Below are positions 1-12,547 of a DNA stretch of 64,000 nt, one piece after another. Each line of letters starts with the position of its first letter. Positions within the stretch are counted from its first letter, which is position 1. The DNA comes from Tubulanus polymorphus. Lineage: Eukaryota; Animalia; Nemertea. The position numbers and the translations under genes are program-made. Below the pieces are notes generated by a model. That model saw nothing but the letters and a program-made list of their open reading frames with translations. It did no database searches and was not told the origin of the DNA. The stretch is from NCBI RefSeq assembly GCF_964204645.1, contig NC_134029.1, positions 15,866,950 through 15,930,949 on the forward strand. Reading direction: 5' to 3'.

Positions 1-1691
1 AAATGATTGATAACATTTTCATTTCTATAATGATAATATTCACTTTCAATTAGTTCTGGATAATCAGATTTAATATATAAACCGAAAGCAGCAGCTGATT
101 GATGAATCTTTTTAATAGTATTTGTTATTGGCGGTTCATCTGAAAAATCATTTTCATTAGAATTTAATTTCTTTCTTTTATAATATATTTCTTTTCTATC
201 GTGATCAGTTAGTTCCTTATTTAATGATTCAAAATCTCCATATATAACAAATGGAACTTTATTTTTGTAATCATATTTTTTGAATTCTAATATTTTATCT
301 TTTTCATTTGGTAAAACTAATTTACAATAATCATGATTTTCACATAATTGTTTATGATTTAATAATGTACTTTCATTACTGAATTTATGTAAACATTTTC
401 TACATAGATATATTTTATTATGGTGATCACTTTCTGTTCTAAAGAATAAATCTATTTGTTTAATCCACATATAATGATTCTCATAATATAATATATCTAT
501 AACATCGTTTGAATCATAATCTTTTGATAGGTATAAAGGTTCTAATGTATAATGTTTTATATTGTTACCTTTTGTATTTGGTAATTTGATTAAATCAAAT
601 ACATTTATCTTTATATTATTATCTCTTTCTATTTTTGGGATGTTTTTAATTATAACAGGATACTTATCTATCTTATAATTATTTTCAAATTGTTTATAAT
701 TTGTTAATCTATAAGTATGTTTATTATAGTCTTCAACTGGGTGTAAAGAACTTATTATAGCCCATAGAAAACATTTATCATCTTCATTTTGTACATTTAT
801 TACAGCATTAGTTTTAAATGGTAGTTTAATATAACTTGATGCTTCAATATCTGGTTCTTTATAATATGATACATTATTTTCATCAATTGGTTTTGATTTA
901 GTTAACTTATTATATTTTGTGTTATAAACATGTAAAGTCATAAATATTATCTCATCAAATATTAAACCAGACCCTTCAAAATATTTCTCTTCTATTTTAG
1001 TTTTTACATCATTATAACATTTATCTAATTTATCATCTATATGTTGTTTATATATAATATGTTGTGAATGAGAATTTATATTATATATTGGTTCATCTTC
1101 AGATTTTATGAATTTAACTTTAGAAAATATACTTATTTTAGGATATTCAACATCAGTTATTATTTTTATTATTTCTTTCATATTTTCTAAATGTTTTTTA
1201 TTTTCTTCTAATGTTTTTCCTTTATGAAATTTAAACTCAATAGCTGCTGGACCAATATCACTTTTAAATGCTTCGGTTATCTCTATATCTTTTTTATTAT
1301 CTAATGAATTAATATATTTTCTTACATCTTCCATGTATGGTCTTTTATTGTTTAATTTATTTGTTATGCTTTTAATTGTCTTCTCTTTCTTATCATTATC
1401 TTTATCGAAATAATCTTCACCTAAAATATCATTATTCTTATTTCTAATATGACTTTTAGATTTTAAATGTTCTTTATAATATCTTTTATCACTGAATGAT
1501 TGATTACATGTATCACATTTATATATTTCTTTTTCATTCTTTAATTCATCTAATTTAGTTTCTAATATATCATCTTTATATTCTAGTTTCAATTTATTCT
1601 CTAAATGTGTTTTAGTTTTATTGTGTCTTGCTTTTTGGGATTTATCTATATTGATATTACATGTTGGGCAGTAGTACTTATTCGCTTCCAT
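1..1691 (-). CDS. Protein-primed family B DNA polymerase (pPolB), N-terminal part; continues beyond the window start
   Basis: Manual translation from ATG at 1691 (MEANKYYCPTC...), open to base 1 and therefore missing from the ORF track. Contains two N-terminal C2H2-like fingers, EGSG, INVQNEDDKCFLWAI, CRKCLHKF...HKQLC and the ExoI motif VPFVIYGDFES typical of Polinton PolB. Confidence 0.88.
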   Translation of the reverse strand, partial: MEANKYYCPTCNINIDKSQKARHNKTKTHLENKLKLEYKDDILETKLDELKNEKEIYKCDTCNQSFSDKRYYKEHLKSKSHIRNKNNDILGEDYFDKDNDKKEKTIKSITNKLNNKRPYMEDVRKYINSLDNKKDIEITEAFKSDIGPAAIEFKFHKGKTLEENKKHLENMKEIIKIITDVEYPKISIFSKVKFIKSEDEPIYNINSHSQHIIYKQHIDDKLDKCYNDVKTKIEEKYFEGSGLIFDEIIFMTLHVYNTKYNKLTKSKPIDENNVSYYKEPDIEASSYIKLPFKTNAVINVQNEDDKCFLWAIISSLHPVEDYNKHTYRLTNYKQFENNYKIDKYPVIIKNIPKIERDNNIKINVFDLIKLPNTKGNNIKHYTLEPLYLSKDYDSNDVIDILYYENHYMWIKQIDLFFRTESDHHNKIYLCRKCLHKFSNESTLLNHKQLCENHDYCKLVLPNEKDKILEFKKYDYKNKVPFVIYGDFESLNKELTDHDRKEIYYKRKKLNSNENDFSDEPPITNTIKKIHQSAAAFGLYIKSDYPELIESEYYHYRNENVINH

Positions 1692-1923
1692 TTTAATATA
1701 AAATTTTTTTTTAAATTGATTTTAGAAGTTCAATGATTTATATCATGTATTATTTCAATCATACTTTACTAACACTTTTAATGTTTAAAAATCTAACTCA
1801 TACAAATATGAATATTGAAATAATGTTGTAAATATATCTATATATCTATTCTATAAGAGCTTACACTTTTATATTGAATAATCTGTCAATTTAAATGTTA
1901 TTCGTGTATATGTTTATTTTAAG

Positions 1924-2147
1924 AGTAATAGGGGTAATAGGCTTTCAGGTTAAAGGTTGAACGGGCGGGTGAGTAAAAATGAAAAACATGAAAATAATTA
2001 AAATAATTCGAGCGTGTGAGAATTTATTTTTCATTTTTATGAGTTTCGCGAGTAATTCAAGTAGAAATTGTAATTATTTTCATGTTTTTCATTTTTACGA
2101 GCTCGACCGTTCGACCTTTGGCCTGAAAGCCTATTACCCCTATTACT
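1924..2147. mobile_element. Palindromic MITE (about 220 bp)
   Basis: Terminal inverted repeats AGTAATAGGGGTAATAGGCTTTCAGG...CCTGAAAGCCTATTACCCCTATTACT, extending imperfectly for about 75 bp; no coding capacity. Confidence 0.8.
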
Positions 2148-2859
2148 TAGTTGGACGTAGTATTGTTGGTATTACTTCATATGAGAGATACAAATCAAGA
2201 AATCTAGCAGTGTTTCTGTGGGTTTCAGATTTGATGAGGTCCAAGTTTTGGTCCATCCCAATGATTATATCTTTTCTTTCATGATTTATTTTTTCTAGTA
2301 TGCCTTGATAATCTAACAAAAAATCAGATTCGCTAGTTCCCGGTATTCTATATAGTTCTCCAACAATAATATTTCTAGCGTTTTTCCCGGTTTTAGAAAT
2401 TATTTCTATAAAACAGGATTCGAATTTACCCTCTTTAAATACGCTTATGTCATTTCTGATCTTATAGGAAAGTCGCTTGCTTGCACAAATCGCCACCCCA
2501 CCTTTCATTGAGTTAATTCTGTGTTTTTCTATTAAGTTATAGCCTGGAATTTCACAAAGGTTACGGTTAATATCAGTTATAAAAGTTTCACATAATAAAA
2601 TTAAGTCTAAAGCAGACTTCCTATTGTCGAATTTTGTTGTCAAAGTTTTAAGTTCATCCAGTTTACTAGGAATGCTGTGTATATTCAAATGAAGAATGTT
2701 CAATTTCGATTGACAATCAGGATAATCCAGTTCATTAATTTCAACATAAGGAGAGTCATTGTTGGCTATTGGTTGATCGCCGAATACATTTACTAATAGA
2801 TTGGGATTGTTTCTTATGTTTGTAATGCGGCTCTCTGGATCTGTATTACCTAAACACAT
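2143..2859 (-). pseudogene. LINE ORF2 apurinic-like endonuclease domain, truncated
   Basis: Motifs LHLNIHS, LLCETF, GGVAI, LYRIPG, IIGMDQNLDL, PTILRPTK; ends at the MITE with no RT domain. Confidence 0.85.
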
Positions 2860-4500
2860 TTCTTTTTGCTAAGATTTTCAAAAATAGAACTTTAGCTAAG
2901 ATCCCCAGGTACCAATATAATTCATATTCATGTATTACAGGACAATTTGTAATATTGCTTGTATTGAGTTTCATTGAACTTTTCATATGAGTTGAGAATA
3001 GATGATATATATATAGCAAAAGCATTTAGCAAAAACATAATAATTTAGTCTGGTTACCCAGAAAAGCATTTTGGTTATTATTTAAACCAAACTGATACTC
3101 TATATTAGGATTGGTAATTTGATATGTACATATCAATAATTTGGTAATTCAGAAAGTTTGACCAAATGTTTGAATTATTGGTAAGATCCATTTAGAGATA
3201 CCTGTATTTCTAACAATGTGTAACGCATAAACGAATGAAGAAAGGAAAAAAGTTAGTTATTCACAATTAGCTAATTACCGGTACTGCTATTACTTCGGCA
3301 GTGGTTTGAAAATGTTAATTTTTTTTTCTCACCATTCTCAGTGCAACCGAATACTTCCCTATTGATTGTCCACACTTTGGTATATAGTCTCGAGTTAACC
3401 GCGCGATTAACTAGTTTCGCAATTTCAGGGCAAATATCTTCGCGTATTATAATCCCTGAATCCTTTAATGTCGCACGTTTCCGAATGATAAAATCCCGCC
3501 TATTACGATCGAAAAAGCGCACAATTATTCCGTCCGGTTGTTTAACTCCTTTCTCGTCGTATTTTAGTTGTCTTGGAGGCACTCGGTGTGCTACCTCTAC
3601 ATCGCTTAGTTTTGATCGCTCCTTTTCGCTTAAGTGTAATTTAGTATTCAATATATTCACAATTGTATCTATACAGTTTTCATCTTTGGACTCGGTGACA
3701 CCAAAAACTCTTATATGATTTCGTCGCGAATTTTGATTATTTTTCATTGCTAGCGTTTTGCTCTCGGAGAGCTGGGCACGTAGTTCGCCGATTTCACTTT
3801 TTAGATATATCTTCGGAATGTTGAGATTTAATTTCAGCGATTTCGGTTGTCTTCGTATTGTTCGATTGTTCAATATCGTATAATCTCTCTTCGGTTCGGT
3901 AGACAAGGTTGTCAATTTTCTTAGTATGGTTCTCTAATTTACGATCAATGGTATCTAGTATTTCTGTTTTCATTCCAGCTAGTGAATCAATTTTTTTATT
4001 CATTTCTTCTATAGATTTTGTAAGCTTCATTATGCCCTCTTCAACGGACATTTCAGAATCCACCGTCGAACTTCTTTCCTTCCTTTTTTTATTTGGTGGG
4101 CCTTGTTTACGACCCTCTTTAGTTTTTAGTTTCTGAGTAGTCTTTCCGTTTGAAAAAACTTCGACTTCAGAATCCGATTTCTCTGAGTCGCTTATGTTTA
4201 CATTTTCGCCGCCCGCTGTCATATCTGTTGATCTCTTTGTTTACTGACAACTGAGTGAGCTTTTGACAGTTGACACTGAACTGATCGCTGATCACTGCTA
4301 TATTATACTGAATATCACACGAGATTTCACCGAATATTCCTTCATTTACCGTTCAAACTTTCAGGAAATGTCAGCTACACATATATCTATTTCCAGTTTC
4401 TGCATTCAACATTGAGTATCGTACATATCAGCCCCAATCCTAATATTTCCAGGAGCGCTTTCAACGTACCAGCCTGTCGTCGGCCATATTCTCGATCATC
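2148..4500 (-). mobile_element. Non-LTR retrotransposon (CR1/L2-group LINE), 5' part only: 5'UTR, ORF1, APE endonuclease
   Basis: ORF1 and EN-domain ORFs below; composition shifts from the Polinton flanks; YY1-like AATATGGCCG near the 5' end (about 4480-4490). Confidence 0.82.
3271..4222 (-). pseudogene. LINE ORF1 (coiled coil plus RRM/CTD, L1/L2-type), frameshifted
   Basis: Two overlapping ORFs (3794-4222, 3271-3915); SRRNHIRVFGV, AHRV, IIVRF, IIREDI motifs. Confidence 0.8.
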
Positions 4501-4645
4501 GGTGTACAATTCAGTACTAATAAAATAAATATTTATTCTTTATGTACTAAAACTACTAAAGGCAATAAAGACACAAGGAGGTATTAATTTGAAATAATTT
4601 AAATTATCTAATTAACATATCTAATACATTAATACTTAAAATACC

Positions 4646-5128
4646 TTATTTTATAAATTTATATTCATATGGAAATTGAAGCCTCAGAAGTAATTTTGAA
4701 CCTTTGTTATTCTTTAATTTATTCATATACTTTTGATTTAAAACCCATGTTGTTATCCCAAAATGTCTCCCAGAGAAAGCTAGATAACATAACTCACTTT
4801 CTCTCACTTTTGAATCATGTAAATTTGCACAATCATCTATAATGAATAATGTATTTGAGCCTTTATAAATATCAATTGCTATTTTAATACAATTATCTAA
4901 ATTTTCTTTTACTGTTTTATGATCTAATATAATAAACTTTTTTATCTTAACTATATCCCTATTGTATGTTTTATTCATTTCATAAGTAGGACAAAATAAT
5001 TTTATATTATCAAAATGATTCTTATAAATAGTTTCTAACAAGTCTAATATGAAATGTGTTTTACCACAGTTGGTTACTCCAGTAACTAACATATTATGCG
5101 GTTCAAATATAAATAAATCTTTATTCAT
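4646..5128 (-). CDS. Polinton packaging ATPase (A32/FtsK-HerA family), probably internally deleted
   Basis: Walker A GVTNCGKT, Walker B LFIIDD, and GRH...VLNQ motif. Confidence 0.88.
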   Translation of the reverse strand: MNKDLFIFEPHNMLVTGVTNCGKTHFILDLLETIYKNHFDNIKLFCPTYEMNKTYNRDIVKIKKFIILDHKTVKENLDNCIKIAIDIYKGSNTLFIIDDCANLHDSKVRESELCYLAFSGRHFGITTWVLNQKYMNKLKNNKGSKLLLRLQFPYEYKFIK

Positions 5129-5131
5129 TTA

Positions 5132-6169
5132 TTATTTTAATTTTACTATACTAGATAAAATCCATTCATTAAATTTATCATCATACCCTTTATATTTCAC
5201 CAAAGAATACTTTTTTCGTTTAAGAGTTTTTGTTTCCAATACTTTTTCTATTTTGTATTCTATTTCATCTGGATTTGGTACAAGTGATAATTCTTGTTCA
5301 GAGAAATAACCTAATATTTCTTCATCTTTTAGATCTTCTAATTGATAAACAAAAGGTTTAGTTAATATTATCTTTTTGATCTTGAATATTTCTTCAGTAA
5401 AATTTGGAGTATAACCTTTATAAAATGTTTTTCGATATCTAGATATTCTAACATGTTGTCCTATTTTAAATTTAGGTTCACCAAAATCATGTGTAACAAA
5501 TGCTCCATATAAATTATTCCAAACTATTTCTGAATTATCTTCTTTTCTAGCTTGTATAGGTTTCATATTTATAGAACTATGTTTAGAATTATTATAACCT
5601 TTCACTAAATCATCTAACACATCGATATATTTATACGTTTCATAAGCAGTAAAATATTTCCACATTCTAGTTTTCAATTAAAAGTTTTTTATTAAATCTC
5701 TCTATAATAGATGCTTTTTTATCTGATTGTGTTGAAAAATAATCTACCTTCATCAAATTGTATCTTACCTGGAATAGCTTCTTTAAATATTGATTTTAAA
5801 AGCATTTGTAACTTCTATACCAGTTTTATTTTTGATAAGAATTGACCATGCGTATCTACGTAATATGTCTACAACATTTAATATCCAGAAATATCCTTTG
5901 TTGTATTCTTCTAAGTTCATCATGTCAATTAAATCAGCTTGACATTGTTGATCGATATATGAAACCATAACTTTTCTTGTTAAATAATTTTTATCCATTT
6001 TCTTATGGATTTGATATGTTGGTTGATTTTGTAACCATAATCTTAGTTCACTATATTTAATATTTTCTTTATCAGATTTAATCTTATCCCATAATTCTGT
6101 ATCACTAGAATGTGATACTTCACTCTCTGGGTTATAATATAAATCTTTTAAATATTGTTCTTTTTTCAT
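5132..6169 (-). pseudogene. Polinton retroviral-like (rve) integrase with C-terminal chromodomain, disrupted
   Basis: ORFs 5783-6169 (LKDLYYNP, QADLIDM) and 5132-5677 (YNNSKHSSI, F+KGYTPNFTEEIF, chromodomain YKIEKVL...VKYKGYDDKFNEWI); ASIIERFN remnant lies between them. Confidence 0.9.
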
Positions 6170-6175
6170 CTTATT

Positions 6176-6800
6176 TTAATCCATTAATAATAATTTAGAT
6201 TTAGTTTCAATGATTTTTTCATTTGACTTATTTTCTGGTATAATAGGTTTATAATCGGAATCATTATTGATATTAAATTTTGATTTATATATTACACCGG
6301 AGAATATAATAACTGTAACTAATCCAATTGTAATATATAATTTGTTATTACTTACAGCAGCATTAGAAGAATTAGATTGATTATCATTCGAATCAATATC
6401 AGATAATTTCTGTGATTCATTTATATCAATTAATTTCTTTTTCTTAGCTTTTTTTAATTCTGAAGATCTGGAAGAATTGGTATTATCCGGTTACATAATT
6501 TAGAGTAACATTTTATAATACCATCCGAAATAGAATCATTTATTCGGGTCAATCTAGCTTCTTCATATATTTTGAAATGTTTGATTACTTCATCTGGTTT
6601 CATGGCATCTAATTCTTGAAAAGTTATTATTTTGCCAATAAACTCTTTAGATTTTCCACCAGCAATCAATAGTTCAAGATGGTGCGTACATGTTGAATAG
6701 TATTCATAATCAATATTATAATCAATATTATTTTCAATTTTGGTTGGAATATCCTTATTATCACTAATGCCCAAATCTTCTAAGGTTTTTTCAATATCAA
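6176..6800 (-). pseudogene. Two small Polinton accessory gene remnants: ELLIAGG-type protein fused by deletion to the C-terminus of a single-TM protein
   Basis: ORF 6454-6774, plus manual translation of 6176-6452 (KKKKLIDINE...LYITIGLVTVIIFSGVIY). Confidence 0.5.
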
Positions 6801-7064
6801 TACTATTCTTATTAGATTTCTTTGAAATTTATATTAGAGAAAAAAGCAAGAAAAATATTATAAGTATTCTTCAAATGATACTAGTTAGTTAAGTTATTGA
6901 TACTAAATTGACTACTTAAAATAAAGAATTTCTATTCTAATCTTATCAAAATATAAAGTATTCTCTTTTTGAAAAGAAATGCAAAAGAAAATATTAAATA
7001 TTAAAATAGAAAGAAGTTGAAGATATGTAATTTTAAAAATATTTTATTTGAATTATATTATTCT

Positions 7065-7839
7065 TTAACCGCTTAATAACGATTCAATATATTGTTCATT
7101 ATTTGAATCATTATTCCATTGATCAATAAATTTCTTTGCCTTTGTTAACTGTTCTAAATATAACTGTAAATCTAGTTTGTCATGTTTAATCATATTTTCT
7201 TTCTTTTCAAGAGGTCTTAAATTCTTCCAATTCCAAATTAGTTTTTTATTGTGTTCATCAATCATGTTAAATTTAGATATTGGTAACACATGATCAATAT
7301 GAAAATAATTGCCATAATTATTTATATTCATTTTATCATCGAATTGATATATTATCCATGATTTAAAAAATTTATCTGAACAATCCAATAAATGTGCTAG
7401 TGTAACTGAATGGTTTTCTTTACTGAATAATTTCGATATTTTAGATCTTAAACATTTTCTCATTTTGAAATTTAAATCTGTTCGACATCTTTTCTTTTGA
7501 ATTGTTAATATGTTCTCGATTATCCTTTGCCCATTCTATCATATATTCTGTTATATAATCTGGATGATTTTCTCGATATTTTTTATTATTTTATTTGCAT
7601 TTTTCAATATTATCTATATAATATTCTGTTGAATAATCTGGATTATTTTTATGGAATTTTTTACAATTTTGTTTATTACAAGTTTTGCAATAATAACTTT
7701 TACCATCTTTCTTATTTTTATCTTTATTAAAATCTGCTAATGATTTATTTATTTTACATTTAGAACATTTCTTATAGTATATATTTATAACCCCAGTATT
7801 ATTGTTTATATTTATAGTTTGTGATTGTGTACTCTCCAT
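7065..7839 (-). pseudogene. HNH-family endonuclease with N-terminal CxxC...CxxC zinc motif, frameshifted
   Basis: KKCSKCK...YCKTC (7591-7839) and FHIDHVLPISKF...WNWKNLRPL...N (7065-7463). Confidence 0.7.
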
Positions 7840-7974
7840 TTATAATACATATTTTTATTAAAATTGATTAACATGTTAGAATCCTCTTCCATTCCTCATC
7901 CTTTTCATTCATCGCTGCTTTTGATAAGTCATTTCGGTTCCTTGATATCAAAATCATACCAGTTACAATATCAA

Positions 7975-8119
7975 ACGCATGCGCACTGGGCAAAAGCGGA
8001 CATCGATGTCCGCTTTTGCTCAATACGCATGCGCTAATCATAATTATATATTTATTGTGTGAAATTGAAACGACCGAACATAGAATATTCAAACGCATGC
8101 GCACTGAGCAAAAGCGGAT
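7975..8119. repeat. Loop-less palindrome/hairpin plus a third direct copy of its arm
   Basis: Perfect 30-bp palindrome GCAAAAGCGGACATCGATGTCCGCTTTTGC (7990-8019), imperfect to about 60 bp; arm repeated at about 8089-8119. Confidence 0.85.
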
Positions 8120-11100
8120 ATATAAAATTTATATTTACAAACATTTTTTCAATTGCCGGTAATTATTTAACTACATCAACAAATGTTAAACTTAATCATT
8201 GGAATTTTTGGAGTAGTCTAAATGTTTTTGAAATTCTTATATAAACACATTATTATTCGAAAATGGAATTATTAAATTCATGGAATCAATTGTAAAGCTG
8301 AAAAAAGAAAAACGGTTATGCTTCGGTCAAAGGAATGATAGAGAAATTGTTACCTAGCAGCGCGGGTTTGCGTAGAACGTGTGATTCAGCTGTTAGCACT
8401 GACCGAGGCTACAATATTGTAACAAAGGTCGGTTCCCTGCACAACTTTTTTTGTAAACACTGACCGAGGCTACAATATTGTAGCCTAGGTCGGTTCACTG
8501 CATGACCTTTGCTTGCGATTACTGGCCCAACCCCAGTCGGTTGTTTTTACAGTATTTGAAGTACTGGCTAATTGGATGTTACCATAAATAAACAGTATTT
8601 TGAAGATGGACAGAGAGAATCTGTTTTTTATTTCGTCTTGAGAAGGTCCTACTGTTCAAAATATGAATTGAAATATAAAGGATGGAGTAAGTTTCCTTTC
8701 CCAATGCTGTATTTATGCTTTTAATCATGAAGGATAATTGTGTTATAGCAATTATAGTGATAACCTACGACAGTTTCAAATTCACGTATTAGAAAACGAC
8801 AATTATCTTTAAATTCCAAATTTCATTTGGAAAGCGGCGTTTATGCGCACAATTCCTAATATGTCAGAATTCCGAAAACTAGGGATTCACACGGTTAGAA
8901 TGTTAACTAAATAAGTTTCGTCCGAGCAACGGCGAAACTTCACGGGTTGGTGCGGTCTGTGCGCTGTATGAACGGGTTTTTGGTATCAAATGTAAAATAC
9001 CGGCCGTGTACATGTTTGGATTTGTACCGATACATTGGGTTTAGTTCAATTTTTGGATCATTATAGTTTAGGAGCTCTGTGTGACGTCACTCAGCGCGCT
9101 GATCAAAAATAGTCTGCACACTGTGAGCATCACATGTTGCTTGGTTTTAAAGGACAGTATGCTAATTGACTATACATGAAAATGGGCTTGACCAAAATTT
9201 TCTTCCTGACAGAGGAATGTATAATCGCACTGATATAGCTGTCTTGCTAGGTTGAAGGGTGTTTGAACTTCGCCGAATTCAGTTAAAATTCAATTAAACA
9301 CAATAATTAATAAAATCATATTGACGGAAATTTACCGCTATATTTAGGTTATTTTTCAGTACGTTTTAAAATTACATTGATTTCATCGTTCGAGAGGTCA
9401 CTGATGGGCGCAAAAGAATTTATATTGAGTCCAGTTGGGAGAATATTCCCTTACTTAAGGGTGATTTAGTATTTTATGAATCAAGAAATTATTTACAATG
9501 GACTAATTTTCCGCTAGCAGCAAAACAACACACTGTTATCTGAACTGTCAATCATTACGTCGTGTCTAAATAAATATGCGTGATTTCCACGCGAGAACCA
9601 AACAAGACGGTTGTTAGTAGACGTACTCAAGTTGGATGGTCAGGAGTCAACAACGGTTTAGATAATTTATAAAAAAGATGTAAGCAGTTGTAAACTTGTG
9701 AACAGAGGAAATATCAACATATATACATAATTGTGTCTAACTTTCTCCTGTCTGGTTTTATGATAAATATATCCCGAACAAAGATTTTGTTTGAATAAAT
9801 ATTCAAATATCGATCCGGAAGAGCAATGCGGCCAAAAACATTTTATTTTGAGTTGAAATAATGACCTGTTGACTCGGTAAGACGGCTGTTCGATTTACCG
9901 GGTGCGCACTACTATGTTTTAAATGGCTATGAAAACGGAGTCGAACCAAGAACAGCAATTAAGCTTGATGTCTCGTTTCCCTCACAGTTGACATATCAGA
10001 ATCAGTTTTCTCAAAATCTGTTTCTTACAGAAGTCCTTGATTCGTGCTTGAATATGTACATAAGATTTTACAAATGAACACAAAGATATAACAAGAATTG
10101 AGGTCTTGGTTATTCGGTGACATGTCGAATCGTTTGGAACTAAGAAAAATCCTAAGATTTAGAAAAGTCTGGCTTAAGTTGATACTCCGAAAAGTACGAC
10201 TACTAATTGTTTCTGTTATCGGAAATTAAATCAACATCTACATCTAATGTATCTATTGATACGAAACGGTTTTAGGAACGTAGATTGATTGAAAGTTACG
10301 GAGAGGGAGAGGTAGCTAGCTCTATCGCATTAAGACATTATTGTTCAGTTATACAGATGGCATTCATCCTTTTAGCTCAAACAACAAACACATTTCTGCG
10401 CAGAAAAATACCAAGGCTATGTATGCTTAATTATGTATTTTATTGATACAGACAATAAAAATCGCTGTCCGCGTTTTGTCCCCTTGCTTAAGTCACTTAC
10501 GTTTGTTGTCTAATACAAATTAATACAGGTCAGCAGAATTTAAGGGCTTTCACCGTTGAGTAGTAGCCTATCTGTCATGAGGCCTGATCAGGCACATGTG
10601 TTATATTAGAAATACAATATGACTTTTCAATTTTTTAGGCGAAACGTTGCCTTAAATATATTCCCCGCGTCTTGATTTTCTTGAGGGATTTCTCGTGATT
10701 GTTAAAACAATATCAAATCATCCTGTCTCAAAAAGTATGAAATCTAGGCTGAAATATGTAGCCCATTTGGAATTGGATGAAATGTTCAAAATAAGCCATT
10801 CGACCCTGTTATCAAACATATCATTGTTCTTTAAAACACTTGTTAAATATCGGAGGATTTTTAAGCCGAGCTTCAAACATTTCGATTCCTGAACTAAAAT
10901 GTGTATCGGCAGGTTATTATCCAAGACTATATGACTATGAATATGTTTTTTAGGTGACTGTTTAAGGTGTTCATTTTATCCGGGAAGGATTTGTTTCAAT
11001 CTCACTTTTAAGATATCAAGTATGAAAAGTAACGGTATCGAGTAATCGCTGGCAGATTTAGCAGTTAAAATCGTCACATTTTTTTAATGTTTGCGTTGAT

Positions 11101-12547
11101 GAAGGTGATTAGAGGGACACATGGCATCCACTGCTCATAAAACAGAAGATAGATTTCTGGAGATTTAAAGTTTGGATGCTCTGATGAACTCTATCAGCTG
11201 TTGGTTGGTTAAAGCATAGCAGTGCTAAATTTCTAAGGTTATAGTACATTGCAGGTAACCCAAATGATTCGCCTGCTGCCTGGATACTATAAACCTGGTA
11301 CCTACGAGCATGGACTCGTTTAGATGGATGTCTGGACGTTATAGTACAGTGTTCATGACTATAGACCCGATTGACCCGAATTCCCCACCTGCCTGAAAAT
11401 CTCGTAGCGGAGGTAACGCGTATATCTTTGCTGCGGTATCCACCCATTTAGTCTTCTGACATATAGTCTCCCGGGCATTTAGTCTTTTCCACTTGGTCTT
11501 CTGACAATTAGTCCTCTTTGATATCACCAACCCAAGACAATTAGTCTTCCTGATATAACTAATTACCTGCTCATAGGACTCAGTCTATGGGTTAAGATTG
11601 TTTAATGTATGCATTGTACTAAGTGTTGATATGGTTGTATGGTATTGTAGCGGTTATAGTGTAAACATATAAAATAGTAATTCAGGTAGTGACTGCTGTT
11701 GTCCATAGGTAGCGTAGTCGTAGTCACTCTGCTGTGCCGGGGCGCTCGCTACACGGGTCCGCCTGGGTCGACCGCACTCGGGTAGTGAATACGGCAAGGA
11801 GACTCTTGTCTTCCCCAGGAAAGTAAATGGTATAAAATATGTAGAATTTGTTCCTCTATTGAAAAAATGTCGCTAAAAAGGGCGCTTAAACAGTACGCTC
11901 TCCTCCAAACAGTCGCCTCCCTACTCCGCGTAGCCTTAATCTGTGTGGCCAATACAGACCCCCCAACCCGCTCTCCTCAGAGTAATCCGCTTTAGGGGCT
12001 TTCCTCGGACGAAACTCGCAGTGTTGATTACTCGGCGGATATGGCTACCCCCATTCCAAGTGCCCTCTCGCACATAGCTGTCCCCCGTCATCTCAGGAGC
12101 TAATTGCGACTCATGCCAGATCTGTCAAACTAGTCGTATGCATAAGTGTTGTCCGTAGCGACGGTCAATAGGGGAACGATCCTCACGTAGAACTAAATGG
12201 GTTCGATGCAGCAGGAAAACAACAGAAATCCTTGTCCTTTCTTCCAGTGCCGGCGAATCAAATAAACGCAAGATTCGAAGTTTGATTGGAATGTAGTACG
12301 AATTATTAAATATATATATTTTCTTATAATACAAAGTTCATCGTTCTTGATGCCAAGGGGACATCATTTCCACACGCAAAACACCTTGATTCTTTACATT
12401 TCGATATATAAAAAGAATGTGCCCTTCATGGCTTGCAAAGCCTTGGTACAGTCAATGTACGGTAGCATACAAAAGAGACGACCGAACGTCAAATAGAAGC
12501 GGTGGCGCGGCGGACTCCGGCGTGTATCTAATATAACTTAGGTCTCA

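Larger units (their letters stand above)
1..8240 (-). mobile_element. Polinton/Maverick (adintovirus-like) element, decayed segment 1
   Basis: Very AT-rich, intronless, tightly packed minus-strand genes: pPolB, A32-type ATPase, rve integrase with chromodomain. Left end runs off the window; right boundary approximate; no AGTAGT-type TIR recognised. Confidence 0.9.

Noticed and set aside
7860-7867. Mimivirus early promoter AAAATTGA upstream of Polinton genes
   Set aside because: The octamer is on the non-coding strand relative to these genes, so direct equivalence is not supported; kept only as a family-specific motif.
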